A stretch of DNA of 64,000 nt from Candidatus Aquitaenariimonas noxiae (GCA_002780005.1 PEWV01000075.1:14133-78132), one strand, 5' to 3'; positions 1 through 10,391 are shown, counted from the stretch's first letter. A program made the numbers and translations. Notes: generated by a model from the sequence alone, not told the origin.

Positions 1-448
1 CTTCTTTAGCGAGCGCTATATTTAAAAATTCTGCGTGCTCGCGCCAGAAATCACGGAGGCGCGTAGCGCTGGGAAGCTTGAAATCCATGGCTATTATATC
101 TACATAATCTATAATCTCTCTAAGCGCACCCGGCATGGTCCCATTGGTTTCTAAGTAAACTTTTTTGCCGATAACCTTCAGCGCCAGCAAAAATTCTTTT
201 AAGAATTTTTTTTGAACCAAGGGCTCTCCGCCTGTAATTGAAATCGAATGATAATCGTCATTAAAGTGCACTATTTCATCCAGCAGATCTTTTGCGTAAT
301 ACTCTTTGTATGACGATATCCTGGTATCGCAGAAACGGCATGATCCTAAATTGCATCCGTAGAATCTCACAAAAACTTGTTTGATCCCTGCGTACACACC
401 TTCGCCCTGAATCGAATAAAAAACTTCAGATATTTTTGCTTTTTCCAT
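1..448 (-). CDS. queE: 7-carboxy-7-deazaguanine synthase QueE (radical SAM), C-terminal end beyond window edge
   Basis: Own translation from ATG at 448: MEKAKISEVFYSIQGEGVYAGIKQVFVRFYGCNLGSCRFCDT, with CxxxCxxC radical-SAM motif. Not in ORF track because it runs off the window. Adjacent to queC and queD. Confidence 0.8.
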   Translation of the reverse strand, partial: MEKAKISEVFYSIQGEGVYAGIKQVFVRFYGCNLGSCRFCDTRISSYKEYYAKDLLDEIVHFNDDYHSISITGGEPLVQKKFLKEFLLALKVIGKKVYLETNGTMPGALREIIDYVDIIAMDFKLPSATRLRDFWREHAEFLNIALAKE

Positions 449-1106
449 ATATTATGGGATCCTCAATGCCTGCCTTTTTAAAACCATTTATCCTAAAAAG
501 GCAGCTATCACATTTTCCGCAAGGTCTACTGCCGCCCTTGTAGCAAGACCACGTTAGATCATAAGGAACCTTGAGCGCTAATCCTATTTTTATAATATCG
601 GTTTTATCCTTTTGTAAAAGAGGCGTGAATATTTTTATTGAATTACCTTTTATTCCGGCCTTTGTTCCGCTATCGGCCACCTTCTTAAAGGCCTTGAAAT
701 AAACCGGCCTGCAGTCCGGATATCCCGAATAATCCTGGGTATGCGCCCCTATAAAAATCGCTTCCGCCCTACTTGCTTCAGCGAATGAAAGGGCAAAGCT
801 TAAGAAGATCGTGTTCCTGGCAGGAACGTAAGTCGAGGGTATCTCTTTTATGATTGGTTTTTTATGCTGCGGGATATCTATATTCCTATCCAACAAAGAA
901 CTGCCACCCCATGGAAGCTTAAAACTTAAGACCTGAAAATCGCATCCGGCTCTTTTTGCGACTTTCCGAGCCGAAACTATCTCTCTTTTATTCCTCTGCC
1001 CATAATCAAAAATAAGGCAACTACACTTATAACCAAAACTTTTGGCAATATACAAAGTGGTGGATGAATCTATCCCGCCAGAAAGAAGCACTATCGCGTT
1101 TTTCAT
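426..1106 (-). CDS. queC: 7-cyano-7-deazaguanine synthase QueC
   Basis: LLSGGIDSS PP-loop motif; C-terminal Cys cluster (CGKCDSC) for Zn. Confidence 0.9.
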   Translation of the reverse strand: MKNAIVLLSGGIDSSTTLYIAKSFGYKCSCLIFDYGQRNKREIVSARKVAKRAGCDFQVLSFKLPWGGSSLLDRNIDIPQHKKPIIKEIPSTYVPARNTIFLSFALSFAEASRAEAIFIGAHTQDYSGYPDCRPVYFKAFKKVADSGTKAGIKGNSIKIFTPLLQKDKTDIIKIGLALKVPYDLTWSCYKGGSRPCGKCDSCLFRINGFKKAGIEDPIIYGKSKNI

Positions 1107-1136
1107 CTCTCACGATCTCGGTTAAGCTATTATTCC

Positions 1137-1505
1137 TTATAAATAAGAAGCGGCGGACGTATCTGTTTCCCAAACAGTAACCTTAGCTACCTTTAAACTT
1201 TCAGCCTTTTTAAGCTTCAAGCTCAAATTATAGTGAATGAATTTGGCAATATTCTCTGAGGTAGGATTTACTTTTTTGAAATACGGCACGTTATTTAAAT
1301 ATTTATGGTCCAGGACCGTCAATATTTTTTTTAAGCAGTGTTTCAGTTCTTTAAAATCCATGACCATGCCAAGGTCATCTAAACCATCCGAGCGCACAAT
1401 AGCTTTCACTTTCCAGTTGTGGCCGTGAAGCGCTTCGCATTTACCTTTGTAATGACGCAGGCGATGGGCGCTGTTAAATTCTGAAATTATTTCTACCTCA
1501 TACAT
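1137..1505 (-). CDS. queD: 6-carboxy-5,6,7,8-tetrahydropterin synthase QueD
   Basis: CEALHGHNW motif typical of QueD/PTPS; 122 aa. Confidence 0.88.
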   Translation of the reverse strand: MYEVEIISEFNSAHRLRHYKGKCEALHGHNWKVKAIVRSDGLDDLGMVMDFKELKHCLKKILTVLDHKYLNNVPYFKKVNPTSENIAKFIHYNLSLKLKKAESLKVAKVTVWETDTSAASYL

Positions 1506-1510
1506 ATATA

Positions 1511-1693
1511 TTATTTAACCGATATAGCCTCGACCGGACAGCTTTCAGCTGCATCTTTTAGATCGCAACTCGTGGATTTAAAATCTTTCACGCGAGCTAC
1601 GCTATCGTCGCCCATTTCGAAAACATCCGGGCACGTATCCACGCACAAGCCACAACCCGTACATAAGCTTTTGTCTACTGTAACCTTTGCCAT
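1511..1693 (-). CDS. small 4Fe-4S ferredoxin
   Basis: 60 aa with CTGCGLCVDTCP and a distal CP cysteine. Confidence 0.75.
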   Translation of the reverse strand: MAKVTVDKSLCTGCGLCVDTCPDVFEMGDDSVARVKDFKSTSCDLKDAAESCPVEAISVK

Positions 1694-1738
1694 ATTAATA
1701 CCTCCTGTTTTAAAAATCGCATTAACTCTTTATTCTGA

Positions 1739-2242
1739 CTATTCGTTTATCAATGTCTTAAGCAAAGACTCATCCGGAATATTAGAACCCTTTTCTCTTA
1801 CATTACCTTTTTTATCTATGGCGAAGAGCGAAGGGACCCCAAAGACGCCGTATTTCTGGGATACCGCGCCGTCCGTATCCATCAATATGGGATATGGCAT
1901 GCTATTTTTGCCTATAAAACTCGCTATCTTGTCTTTTCCTTCTTGTATATAAACAGCCAACACCTGCAAACCTTTTCCGTTATACTCGCTGTATAGTTTT
2001 TTCAAACCCGGAATTTTCTCTTTGCAATAAGGGCACCACGTAGTACTAAAAACCAATAGCACCGCATCCTTGCCTATAAAATCATTTAAACTAATATTCT
2101 TGCCGTTTATATCCGCAAGCGTGAAATCTGGAGCTGGACCAGACGACGCATTTCCGCCTTTACCATCCGCGCAGCCTGTTTGATATAGAAACGCGAAAGC
2201 TATAAAAGTAGCCAGAATATAGGAAATGATTTTCTTTTTCAT
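1739..2242 (-). CDS. TlpA/ResA-like thiol:disulfide oxidoreductase lipoprotein
   Basis: Lipoprotein-type signal peptide (LYQTGC); thioredoxin-fold WCPYC active site. Confidence 0.8.
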   Translation of the reverse strand: MKKKIISYILATFIAFAFLYQTGCADGKGGNASSGPAPDFTLADINGKNISLNDFIGKDAVLLVFSTTWCPYCKEKIPGLKKLYSEYNGKGLQVLAVYIQEGKDKIASFIGKNSMPYPILMDTDGAVSQKYGVFGVPSLFAIDKKGNVREKGSNIPDESLLKTLINE

Positions 2243-2255
2243 TTTACCTTCTCGT

Positions 2256-2966
2256 TCAAACCATTAATTTTCCCGTTGCAATTAAAAAATATTCGCCTAT
2301 AAGTATAAGGATCCAGCCAAATACCTTCTTTATCCGTTCAAGCCATAAGCCGGCCTTTGGCATCGACGCTATTAAACCCGTAAATGTGCCTAGAACTACT
2401 AGAAGAAAGCCCATGCCAAGAGCAAATACGAACATAAGCGTCATGCCGAATAGAACATTCTGTTTCGTAGCCACATACCCTAATATAACAGCTAAAGGCG
2501 GAGCCGTGCATGGCCCGACTACGAGACCTGAGGCCGCGCCGACAAGAAAGCTCGGCACAATACCTTTGCCTTTTGAAAGGAATTTGCCTTGGGTCAAAAA
2601 TTTTGGTATTGGTATCTCAAATACGCCAAGCATGGATAACCCCAGCAAAGCGCAAAGGTTCCCTACAAAAAAATTGGTCAAAGGGTTAGTCGCTATTCGG
2701 CCGAACAGGCTCCCCGTCAATGCGGCAATGCCGCCTAATACGGAATAAGCGAAAGCCATTCCAAAAACATAGAATAGGGATAATAAAAAAGCTTTGCCTT
2801 TTGATTTTACTCCGGAGGCGCCTATGTAGGAAATAGTTATGGGAATAATAGGATAAACGCAAGGGGTAAAACTTACTGCTACTCCTCCCGCAAAAGCTGC
2901 CAAATAGGCTAAAAGCGGAGCTCCTTCTATATACACTTCAAAGTTAGACAAGAGACCTTGTATCAC
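2256..2966 (-). CDS. ccdA: cytochrome c-type biogenesis/thiol-disulfide transporter CcdA (DsbD transmembrane domain)
   Basis: Polytopic membrane protein with conserved Cys in TM1 (FTPCVYP) and later TM (GPCTAPPL). Confidence 0.85.
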   Translation of the reverse strand: MIQGLLSNFEVYIEGAPLLAYLAAFAGGVAVSFTPCVYPIIPITISYIGASGVKSKGKAFLLSLFYVFGMAFAYSVLGGIAALTGSLFGRIATNPLTNFFVGNLCALLGLSMLGVFEIPIPKFLTQGKFLSKGKGIVPSFLVGAASGLVVGPCTAPPLAVILGYVATKQNVLFGMTLMFVFALGMGFLLVVLGTFTGLIASMPKAGLWLERIKKVFGWILILIGEYFLIATGKLMV

Positions 2967-3286
2967 AAAACACTCTCTATCTCAGATCTGAACTTTTCCT
3001 TTTGCGTAATGCCCATTATTCTTTTTACCTCTTCCTTGCCCTTGAATATTATAAAGGTAGGTATGGACATTACCCCGTAATTTGACGGCACTTGAGTATT
3101 GGCGCTTATATCGATCTTGCCAAAATCAGCCTTTCCGTTCAAATCTTCCGCTATATCTTTCAGAACAGGTTCCATCCTTTTGCACGGTTGGCACCAATCC
3201 GAGAAAAAATCAAGCACAAAAACTTTACCTGACCCTAAAACTAAATTTTCAAAATTTTCATCTGTAATGTTTTTTATATTTTCCAT
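2963..3286 (-). CDS. trx: thioredoxin
   Basis: 107 aa with WCQPC active-site motif; overlaps ccdA by 4 nt, suggesting translational coupling. Confidence 0.85.
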   Translation of the reverse strand: MENIKNITDENFENLVLGSGKVFVLDFFSDWCQPCKRMEPVLKDIAEDLNGKADFGKIDISANTQVPSNYGVMSIPTFIIFKGKEEVKRIMGITQKEKFRSEIESVL

Positions 3287-3305
3287 GCTTAGCCTATGGT
3301 TAAAG

Positions 3306-3360
3306 AAAAAGGGTGAGAATGTTTTTTCTCATATCTTTCGCATATCTCACCCTTTTTTAT
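3306..3360 (-). terminator. Rho-independent terminator-like hairpin downstream of the glycine-zipper gene
   Basis: Stem AAGGGTGAGA (3309-3318) pairs with TCTCACCCTT (3345-3354). T/A runs on both sides, so it could terminate in either direction. Confidence 0.5.
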
Positions 3361-3381
3361 TTTTATATCCCTACGGGATTA

Positions 3382-3762
3382 TTACCTCGGGGTTCCTGAT
3401 TTCAAACCTTCTTGATAACCATCTTTAAAACCTGATGCGTAGCCTTCTTGATATGCCTCTTGATACAAGTCGACCGTCTGTGATGTTCTTTGCACCTGTC
3501 GCGGGGTCGGTTCAACCGGAGGATTGTTTCCTTCCGTCATCACATCCAGAAGAACGTTACCGAGAATACCCGTTCCTGCCCCTATCAAAGCGCCCTTACC
3601 TGCTTTTCCGCCGCTAGCCCCAGCTGCTATCGCGCCTGTGCCGGCGCCGAGAAGCCCCTCTCTTAGAATCTTTGACGAATTCTGATCTGCGGCGAGTGCT
3701 TGCACGGTAAAATAGACAAGGCCGAAAGCTAGGACAAATACGACTACTATAAACCTCTTCAT
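3382..3762 (-). CDS. secreted glycine-zipper (Gly-rich) membrane-associated protein, hypothetical
   Basis: N-terminal signal/TM; GAGTGAIAAGASGGKAGKGALIGAGTGILG glycine-zipper stretch. Extended -10 (TGTGTTATAAT) and GGAGG SD upstream. Confidence 0.5.
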   Translation of the reverse strand: MKRFIVVVFVLAFGLVYFTVQALAADQNSSKILREGLLGAGTGAIAAGASGGKAGKGALIGAGTGILGNVLLDVMTEGNNPPVEPTPRQVQRTSQTVDLYQEAYQEGYASGFKDGYQEGLKSGTPR

Positions 3763-3822
3763 TTTAACACCTCCTTAATTTTCAGTTGTATATTATAACA
3801 CAAAAAGGGACAAAAAACTATC

Positions 3823-4971
3823 TTATTTATGCACCACTTTATTGTGTTTTTTGGTTTGACTGATTTTTGATTCTACGGAGCTAATAAGCTTATCAAATGA
3901 AACCTGAAATGCCTTAACGCCTTCGTCCTGGATCTCCTGGCAGGTCTTTTCTACGTTTATCCCAAAAGACGCCAAATCTTCTAAAACGTTTCTCGACCCT
4001 TCTAGATCATTTTCAATCCTAACACCCGGTTTACCATGATCCCTGAACGCTGCCAAGGTCGAATCCGGAATAGTGTTTATGCTCTGGGGCGCCACTAGTT
4101 CTTCAACGTACTTGACATCGCTGTATGATGGATTTTTCGTGCTCGTACTGGCCCATAAAACTTTCTGTATGCGCGCGTCGTTTTCCTGCAATTCGCCGAA
4201 ATTCTCATCAGAGAACAAGTCTTTAAAACGCTGATATATCATTTTAGTATGCGCAACGGCTGAGCGGCCTATCAAGGACTTGATTTTTAGGGATCTTGCT
4301 TTATCTTTTTCGATAACCAGTATTTTCTCCAGCATATTATCTATTTTTGTATCGAGGCGGCTTATAAATACGCTTGCCACGGAATTAACTCTGTCCAGGT
4401 CCTCGTCCCTCTTTAACCTATCTTTAAGGCCGTCAATATAAGCGTTAACGATAGCCTCATAATGCTGCATTGAAAAAAGCAGCGTCACATTCACGTTTAT
4501 GCCTTCGCTTATCAAAGTCTTGATAGCTTCCGGTGATTCTTTTGTGCCCGGGACTTTTATCATTATATTTTCTTTTCCTATGCGCTTAAATATCCTTTTA
4601 GCATCATTTATAGTCTTAGATACATCGTGCGCGTATTCCGGAAGCACCTCGATACTGACATAGCCGTCTTCACCTTTTGACCTCCTGAAAACGTCGTCCA
4701 AAATATCTGCAGCCATAGAAACATCACGAATGGTCAGTTCATCATAAATTTCTCTGGCACTTTTGCCGGATTTGATCAGTTCATAAATCTCTTCGTCGTA
4801 TTCCGTAGAGGAATTGATGGCGTTCTCGAATATAGACGGATTTGAGGTAACGCCGCGTATGCCGTCATCGCGTATCAATTTTTTAAGCCCGTCTCCGATC
4901 AAGAGAGACCTTTTGATATTGTCGTACCATGGGCTCTGTCCGAACTCTAACAATTTCTTTACAGGATTCAT
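3823..4971 (-). CDS. tal: transaldolase (long family-3 type)
   Basis: GVTSNPSIF motif and Schiff-base Lys context (IMIKVPGT); 382 aa. Confidence 0.85.
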   Translation of the reverse strand: MNPVKKLLEFGQSPWYDNIKRSLLIGDGLKKLIRDDGIRGVTSNPSIFENAINSSTEYDEEIYELIKSGKSAREIYDELTIRDVSMAADILDDVFRRSKGEDGYVSIEVLPEYAHDVSKTINDAKRIFKRIGKENIMIKVPGTKESPEAIKTLISEGINVNVTLLFSMQHYEAIVNAYIDGLKDRLKRDEDLDRVNSVASVFISRLDTKIDNMLEKILVIEKDKARSLKIKSLIGRSAVAHTKMIYQRFKDLFSDENFGELQENDARIQKVLWASTSTKNPSYSDVKYVEELVAPQSINTIPDSTLAAFRDHGKPGVRIENDLEGSRNVLEDLASFGINVEKTCQEIQDEGVKAFQVSFDKLISSVESKISQTKKHNKVVHK

Positions 4972-4989
4972 ACGCTTCCCTTCCCCTGC

Positions 4990-5700
4990 TTAACCCTTTA
5001 GTCTTTTTAAGCTCTTTATGGTTTCTTTAGGGTCTTTTGATTTGAAGAAAAAACTTGCGGTCGCTAAAATATTGGCGCCTGCCTGCACGGCTTTCTTGGC
5101 GGTCTCGTTATTTATGCCGCCGTCTACCGCTATATCACCTTTATAGATTTTTCGTAAAGCTTCTATCTTGGGTAGAACAGAGTCCATGAAAGCCTGGCCT
5201 GCAAATCCGGGATTTACAGACATGATTAAAACCATATCCACGTCATTCAAAACGTCTTGAATGCATAAAGGCGTACCGGGATTCAAAGCAATGGCCGCTT
5301 TTGCGCCTGATTTCTTTATTTTATTTAGATCTTTTCTTACCTTTTCCGGATTGATCTTTTCTATTTCTTTCGGGAACTTATTTCTGCCTTTCGAAAACGG
5401 TTTTAACTCGCCATAGCATTCGGCATGCACGGTAATTATATCAGCCCCTGACTTGGTAAAGGTTTCTATATACATATCCGGATTTTCTATCATGAGGTGG
5501 GCGTCCAGCGGAATTTTTGTATACGGTTTTACCGATTCTATAATTACGGGCCCTATGGTTATGTTGGGAACAAAATGGCCGTCCATAACGTCTATGTGAA
5601 TAATGTCAACTCCCGCATCTTCGCATTTTTTGATTTCATCCCCTAACCGAGCAAAATCTGCGGATAATATACTTACTGAAACTTTTATATCTTTATTCAA
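4990..5700 (-). CDS. rpe: ribulose-phosphate 3-epimerase
   Basis: SILSADFARLGDE...HIDVMDGHFVPN motifs; 236 aa. Confidence 0.9.
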   Translation of the reverse strand: MNKDIKVSVSILSADFARLGDEIKKCEDAGVDIIHIDVMDGHFVPNITIGPVIIESVKPYTKIPLDAHLMIENPDMYIETFTKSGADIITVHAECYGELKPFSKGRNKFPKEIEKINPEKVRKDLNKIKKSGAKAAIALNPGTPLCIQDVLNDVDMVLIMSVNPGFAGQAFMDSVLPKIEALRKIYKGDIAVDGGINNETAKKAVQAGANILATASFFFKSKDPKETIKSLKRLKG

Positions 5701-5754
5701 CCTTATCTCCTTTTTCCAGGTGTTATTTTACATTAATCACTCATTCTTATCAAG

Positions 5755-5815
5755 AAAAAAACAAAACCCGCCAGAATATCGAGCAATGCTTATTATCCCG
5801 GTGGGAATCTCTACA
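5755..5815 (-). terminator. possible Rho-independent terminator after the PilP-like gene
   Basis: On the minus strand, CCCACCGG...CTGGCGGG stem (one mismatch) followed by UUUUGUUUUUUU. Confidence 0.35.
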
Positions 5816-5824
5816 AAACGAAAT

Positions 5825-6259
5825 CTATATTTTCAGCTCTATTTCCTTTATGCCGTCTGAAAGAATTACGCTGTCGGGTGTTATATCTACAATCGTATAC
5901 TCCCCGACCTTTTCGCCTACACCTACTATCATTCCGCTTACAATAGCCTTTGGGCTTTGCTTATCCCACACGACACCATCCAGTTTAAAATCTCCTACCG
6001 CGTCGATAGGATGTAACGGCCTATACGTAAATGGATCAGCACCCCAAGCCAATGCTTTTGAGCACGCTTCCAAATCTTTAAAATCGGGAGTTGCCGGGGC
6101 GATGTTCGCTTTTTGGTCGTTCTGCTTTGAAATGTTGGGTTTAGTAATTTTTGTTTTATCTACAGCTTTCTTTTGTCTTTCAAAAAGACTTGCAACGGCA
6201 AGCAGTAATATCATGACTAAAGCTATAGTTACAACTGTCTCAACCGTATTTTTCTTCAT
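5825..6259 (-). CDS. PilP-like type IV pilus assembly lipoprotein/periplasmic protein
   Basis: N-terminal TM; C-terminal beta-rich segment (LKLDGVVW...IVDITPDSVIL...KEIELKI) resembling the PilP/GspC HR domain. Position directly after the PilO-like gene. Confidence 0.5.
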   Translation of the reverse strand: MKKNTVETVVTIALVMILLLAVASLFERQKKAVDKTKITKPNISKQNDQKANIAPATPDFKDLEACSKALAWGADPFTYRPLHPIDAVGDFKLDGVVWDKQSPKAIVSGMIVGVGEKVGEYTIVDITPDSVILSDGIKEIELKI

Positions 6260-6265
6260 AGAATT

Positions 6266-6841
6266 TTATTTTTCTTCTGTTAAAAGATACATCGTCATAT
6301 TTATATCTGCCCTGAGTTCCTTTTTTCCTGATTCTTTAAGCATTTTTAGATATTCAACCGTTATAAGCTGCGGCAGATTTTCTTTCAAGGCCAAAAAAAA
6401 CTTACCCAATCCTTTATAGCTGCTGTAGGCGGTTACAAAAACTTGGCTCTTTTGGCAGTATTTTCCTTCTATCATTATTGGTTTCCCGTTTTTACTCAAA
6501 AACGGAATTTTAACTTCGGGCTTCATCGATACAACATTCAATCCGTATTTATGCGCTATATCCGAAATGGAACGAAGCGCGCCTTTTTCATCCGAAGGAA
6601 ATTTGGCATCCAGTTCATCGAGTTTAGTTTTCAGAATAGAAAATCCTTCGTCTATGCTTCTCCCTTTCCCTGTCATGGATTCAACTGCATTAATCTCACC
6701 TTCTGTTTCTTTAAATTCAGTCATAAGTACCTCAACCGAATTTTTTGCCGGCAGATATACAAAAACCAGAAATACTATAAACAAGGTCGCGCTTATTGAA
6801 ATGACAATTAATATTTTTTTCTGTCCTAAGGTGATATACAT
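6266..6841 (-). CDS. PilO-like type IV pilus inner-membrane assembly protein
   Basis: Single N-terminal TM, coiled-coil, then periplasmic domain; located between the pilMN fusion and PilP-like genes. Confidence 0.55.
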   Translation of the reverse strand: MYITLGQKKILIVISISATLFIVFLVFVYLPAKNSVEVLMTEFKETEGEINAVESMTGKGRSIDEGFSILKTKLDELDAKFPSDEKGALRSISDIAHKYGLNVVSMKPEVKIPFLSKNGKPIMIEGKYCQKSQVFVTAYSSYKGLGKFFLALKENLPQLITVEYLKMLKESGKKELRADINMTMYLLTEEK

Positions 6842-6843
6842 TT

Positions 6844-8598
6844 TTACCTCGCCAAAACTGAGCGTATTTCAAATTTCAGAACATCTTTTCCATCGTAACT
6901 TGCCTTACTCGATGAAGAGAGGCTCGTTGCATTAAAAAACGGGGATGCTTCTAATTTTTCCATAAATCCCATCAGATCGCCTTCCAAGTTTTGCGGCGCC
7001 GTAACAACATATCCGTTTAAAATCAATAAATTCTTTTCCTGATTGATCTCTAATGATTCCAATAAGCAGCTCGGAGGCGTAATATTGCTGAGCTCCTTCA
7101 ACACCCAGTCGGGCGGCATCTTATCGCGTTCTATTTGTTCAACAAGAGTTAGTTTTGAAGCAACTTTATTATTTAAATCGCTTATCGCGCCTATAGCTTC
7201 TAAATGAAGTCTCGCATTTTTAAGCCTATTTTTATAGTCATTCACTTCCGACCTAACTACTACTAGGGAGAACAGAAATACAACACCGAGCACCACGCCT
7301 ATGACCCTTAGGGACATTTTTTGCAGGGCTTCCGCTTTCTCGGTCTTGTATTCTTTAGGCAAGAAGCTCGGGCTTTTGCCAGCGCCTATCGCTGCGCCTG
7401 TGAGGTTGTTCAGTTGCGCCATACCTTTATTTCGCGCATCTTTATCTATATTTTGTTTCGTGGCAATAATATTCGTCAAGGATAGTTTTCTCACATTGCA
7501 TTTTAATTCGTTTTGCAAATATACATCCAGGCCTTTTAAATTTGAGCCTCCGCCTGTAAGAAATAAATTTTGCGGAAATTCGTCTTCGAATTTTGAAACA
7601 TAGTAATTTATGGATCTATTTATTTCCGATATTAGCCTCTCAAGGGCGGGCCTCATCAAAGATATGATCTGGCTTCCTTTAATACCGTCTTTCAGTACCT
7701 CTTCCGGGTCTCGGGGGATGCCGAACTCTATTTTCATTTCTTCGGCCTTCTGGGTTGTTAATTCTATTTTGCCGGCGTCCGATACTAGCGTCCCGCTCAT
7801 ACCCATAGTAAGCTGATCTGAACTGAAAGGCAGGTTTCGCAGGAAACTCAATTTGCACTCTTTGTAAATCAAAAATGTAGAGAATGTTGCTCCTATATCA
7901 AGGACCGAGGCTGTACCGCTTTTCGGAATTTCGAGCTTCTCTAAAACATACGAGAAGATATACGAGAAATTAAAAGGCATTAACTTTATGTCTACCACGT
8001 TTAGGCCTGCTTCTTTTATAGGCTTGGCGTACTTGTCTATAAAATCATTTTTTACGCACCCCACCATTATATCTTTTCTTTTCGCTCCGTCTTTATCGGT
8101 GTATTCACCTATGATTTGCCAATCGATTTGAGCCTGCTCTAAATCAAACGGCGCATCACCCTTAATTTCCCATTTGATGGCCTCTTCCATCTCTCTCTGG
8201 GGCATATTCGGCAAAGATATCCTCTTCATTATCACCGAATCTAAATCCTGTGCGTTGATTATAATATCTTTATCTAATATGGAATTAACAGTTATAAAAT
8301 TATTTATAAAATCGAGAATGGCTTTATTATTATCCTCTGAATCGGATGAGCCCAACTCTTTTATATCATACTGCAGAAGTTCAGGCATGTCTTTTGACAG
8401 GCAAAAGAGAGCGATTTTAAGGGTGCGACTTCCTATGTCTAAGGATAAAATTTTACCTTTTTCTTTAGAAAAGATGCCTGTCAGCTCAGGGTTTTTACGT
8501 TTACACAAATTACCGTAGCTTTTAATAAACTGGTCATACAACTTAGTGATTATCTGCACAGGATCATTTGGCAATTGGAATCTTTTACTTGAGATCAT
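6844..8598 (-). CDS. pilMN: PilM-PilN fusion protein (actin-like ATPase domain plus bitopic PilN domain)
   Basis: LSLDIGSRTLKIALF sugar-kinase/actin-like N-terminal domain. Internal TM (LRVIGVVLGVVFLFSLVVV) followed by a PilN-like region. Confidence 0.8.
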   Translation of the reverse strand: MISSKRFQLPNDPVQIITKLYDQFIKSYGNLCKRKNPELTGIFSKEKGKILSLDIGSRTLKIALFCLSKDMPELLQYDIKELGSSDSEDNNKAILDFINNFITVNSILDKDIIINAQDLDSVIMKRISLPNMPQREMEEAIKWEIKGDAPFDLEQAQIDWQIIGEYTDKDGAKRKDIMVGCVKNDFIDKYAKPIKEAGLNVVDIKLMPFNFSYIFSYVLEKLEIPKSGTASVLDIGATFSTFLIYKECKLSFLRNLPFSSDQLTMGMSGTLVSDAGKIELTTQKAEEMKIEFGIPRDPEEVLKDGIKGSQIISLMRPALERLISEINRSINYYVSKFEDEFPQNLFLTGGGSNLKGLDVYLQNELKCNVRKLSLTNIIATKQNIDKDARNKGMAQLNNLTGAAIGAGKSPSFLPKEYKTEKAEALQKMSLRVIGVVLGVVFLFSLVVVRSEVNDYKNRLKNARLHLEAIGAISDLNNKVASKLTLVEQIERDKMPPDWVLKELSNITPPSCLLESLEINQEKNLLILNGYVVTAPQNLEGDLMGFMEKLEASPFFNATSLSSSSKASYDGKDVLKFEIRSVLAR

Positions 8599-8698
8599 TT
8601 TTATATTTTAATATTTTTAGCCTTTCTCACATTATAAAACTTTTCCCCGATATTAACAACGACTTTATTATATTTTCCGTTTAAGACCCGGACCGTTT

Positions 8699-10390
8699 TT
8701 AATTATCGTTCCAGGAATTCTCTTCTACAGAAACACCGTTTAAACCCTGTGGTATGGAAGAATCCACTGCTGAAGCATCATAAGTTATTGTCGCAGGGCC
8801 TAGTGAATCGGAGAAGAATTGGCGTACCAAAAGAGAGCCGGTAACGCTCGAGTTTCCGTTAACTTGGGCCAGCCCCTCGGTTGAGTTTCCATATTGATAA
8901 ACTATGCCTGAAACAGACGCGCCGGAATTTATCTGCAGAGATTGGTTATTTCTGCCCCTGCTTATGACAGCCCCGCTTACCGTTGTGCCGGAATCTTTTA
9001 TCTGCAGCAGATTATTAGAAGCCGAACTTGCATAGTCTACATATAAGGTGCTACTTGTTACATAAGCCCCATCTTGAACGATAAGGCACCGCTGCGCGAT
9101 GATCACGGCACCGTTAATATTGGTAGTTGAATTTCTTATCGTTAACGCATCGCCTGTCCCGCTAGGGCTCCTGGAATATAAATAGCAGTTTCGATTTAAA
9201 GTTACGGATGTGTCAGCTTGACTTGAGTTTAAATTCATATCGCCACCCGACAGGAAATAAATATTCCCTCCGGACGGCGCAGCCGTAAAGGTCCCGGCAT
9301 CGGCGTTCGCATTGTGAATCAATATCTTTCCTTTGACAGAAGTAACTATATAGCCGTAACCGCCCACGTTAACCGTCCCATTTGTGTCAAAATCAGTATG
9401 TATATAGATCTCAAAATTATTTGAATTAATAGCTGCTGTTCCTTCCAGATTAAATGTGCGGGAGCAATTTATTCGATAATCGCGCGCGGTTATCTGGGCA
9501 TTCCCAGTCATATTGAAATCAGTGCTGGTGTTAATAGTGAAATTTGAGGCGTTCGAATCTATGCTCGAGCCGTTTTGAAGGTTAAAAGCCCTGCAGTTTA
9601 CAGTAAAATTGGTACCGGTGATGGAAAACCCATTGGTGTTTATATCTCTTCGGCTTATATTCTGGTTTGTCCAGTTTACGTTGCCGGTCAAGGTAAGATC
9701 GCCTGCGCCGGGGCTGGTATTAATATTTGCATCGTTAATGCGGGTGTTCCAACCCGACATCAAATTATCATAGTAAGCCGTATCCAGAGAGGGCATATCC
9801 GGGAATGACGGCTGAATTGCTTCGGTTGAATATGTACCTGTGCCGTCTATTGTCTCGCCTGAGCCATAATACACTTTACCTCCCGTTACAGAACACGGGG
9901 TATTTATACGCGAGCTGCCCACAGACCAATAGTCGCCTACTATTTGTGTCCCGCTGCCTGTTGTCGAAAAATCGAGTCTCGCGCTCGGACCGTCAAGCTG
10001 CCAAAACACGGCAAACAGGCATGCCTTCGGAGTCTTTTTGGCTGTCGAGCTTATCTGTCTTTGGATGATCTGGCCTGAATAACCCGATACTTTTCCGGTC
10101 ACAGTAAACGAAACATTGTTTGCGCTGGCGCTATTAATTGTTATGTCAAAAGTTCCTGAGCCAAGCTCTATCCCGGTTTGATCGGTTTCATCGGTCCAAT
10201 CGCTGTCGCTGGCTAATTTCTCCAAATACCAATCCCTTCCGCCTTCTACTGCAGCAAATGCCTCGACTCCTCCTGAAAAACCCAGACTGCTTTCCGTGCC
10301 TTGAGTCAAAAGGGAAAAGGCAACTAACGCCACGAGTGAACACGCCAATACCAAAAAAATCATCAGAATTAACGCTACACCTTTTTCCAT
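8699..10390 (-). CDS. PilX-like / pilus tip-associated large secreted protein (Asn/Thr/Ser/Gly-rich, beta-helix-like repeats)
   Basis: N-terminus MEKGVALILMIFLVLACSLVALVAF matches the PilX_N-type hydrophobic segment. 563 aa rich in N/T/S/G. Translationally coupled to the upstream minor pilin (1-nt gap). Confidence 0.5.
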   Translation of the reverse strand: MEKGVALILMIFLVLACSLVALVAFSLLTQGTESSLGFSGGVEAFAAVEGGRDWYLEKLASDSDWTDETDQTGIELGSGTFDITINSASANNVSFTVTGKVSGYSGQIIQRQISSTAKKTPKACLFAVFWQLDGPSARLDFSTTGSGTQIVGDYWSVGSSRINTPCSVTGGKVYYGSGETIDGTGTYSTEAIQPSFPDMPSLDTAYYDNLMSGWNTRINDANINTSPGAGDLTLTGNVNWTNQNISRRDINTNGFSITGTNFTVNCRAFNLQNGSSIDSNASNFTINTSTDFNMTGNAQITARDYRINCSRTFNLEGTAAINSNNFEIYIHTDFDTNGTVNVGGYGYIVTSVKGKILIHNANADAGTFTAAPSGGNIYFLSGGDMNLNSSQADTSVTLNRNCYLYSRSPSGTGDALTIRNSTTNINGAVIIAQRCLIVQDGAYVTSSTLYVDYASSASNNLLQIKDSGTTVSGAVISRGRNNQSLQINSGASVSGIVYQYGNSTEGLAQVNGNSSVTGSLLVRQFFSDSLGPATITYDASAVDSSIPQGLNGVSVEENSWNDN

Positions 10391-10391
10391 A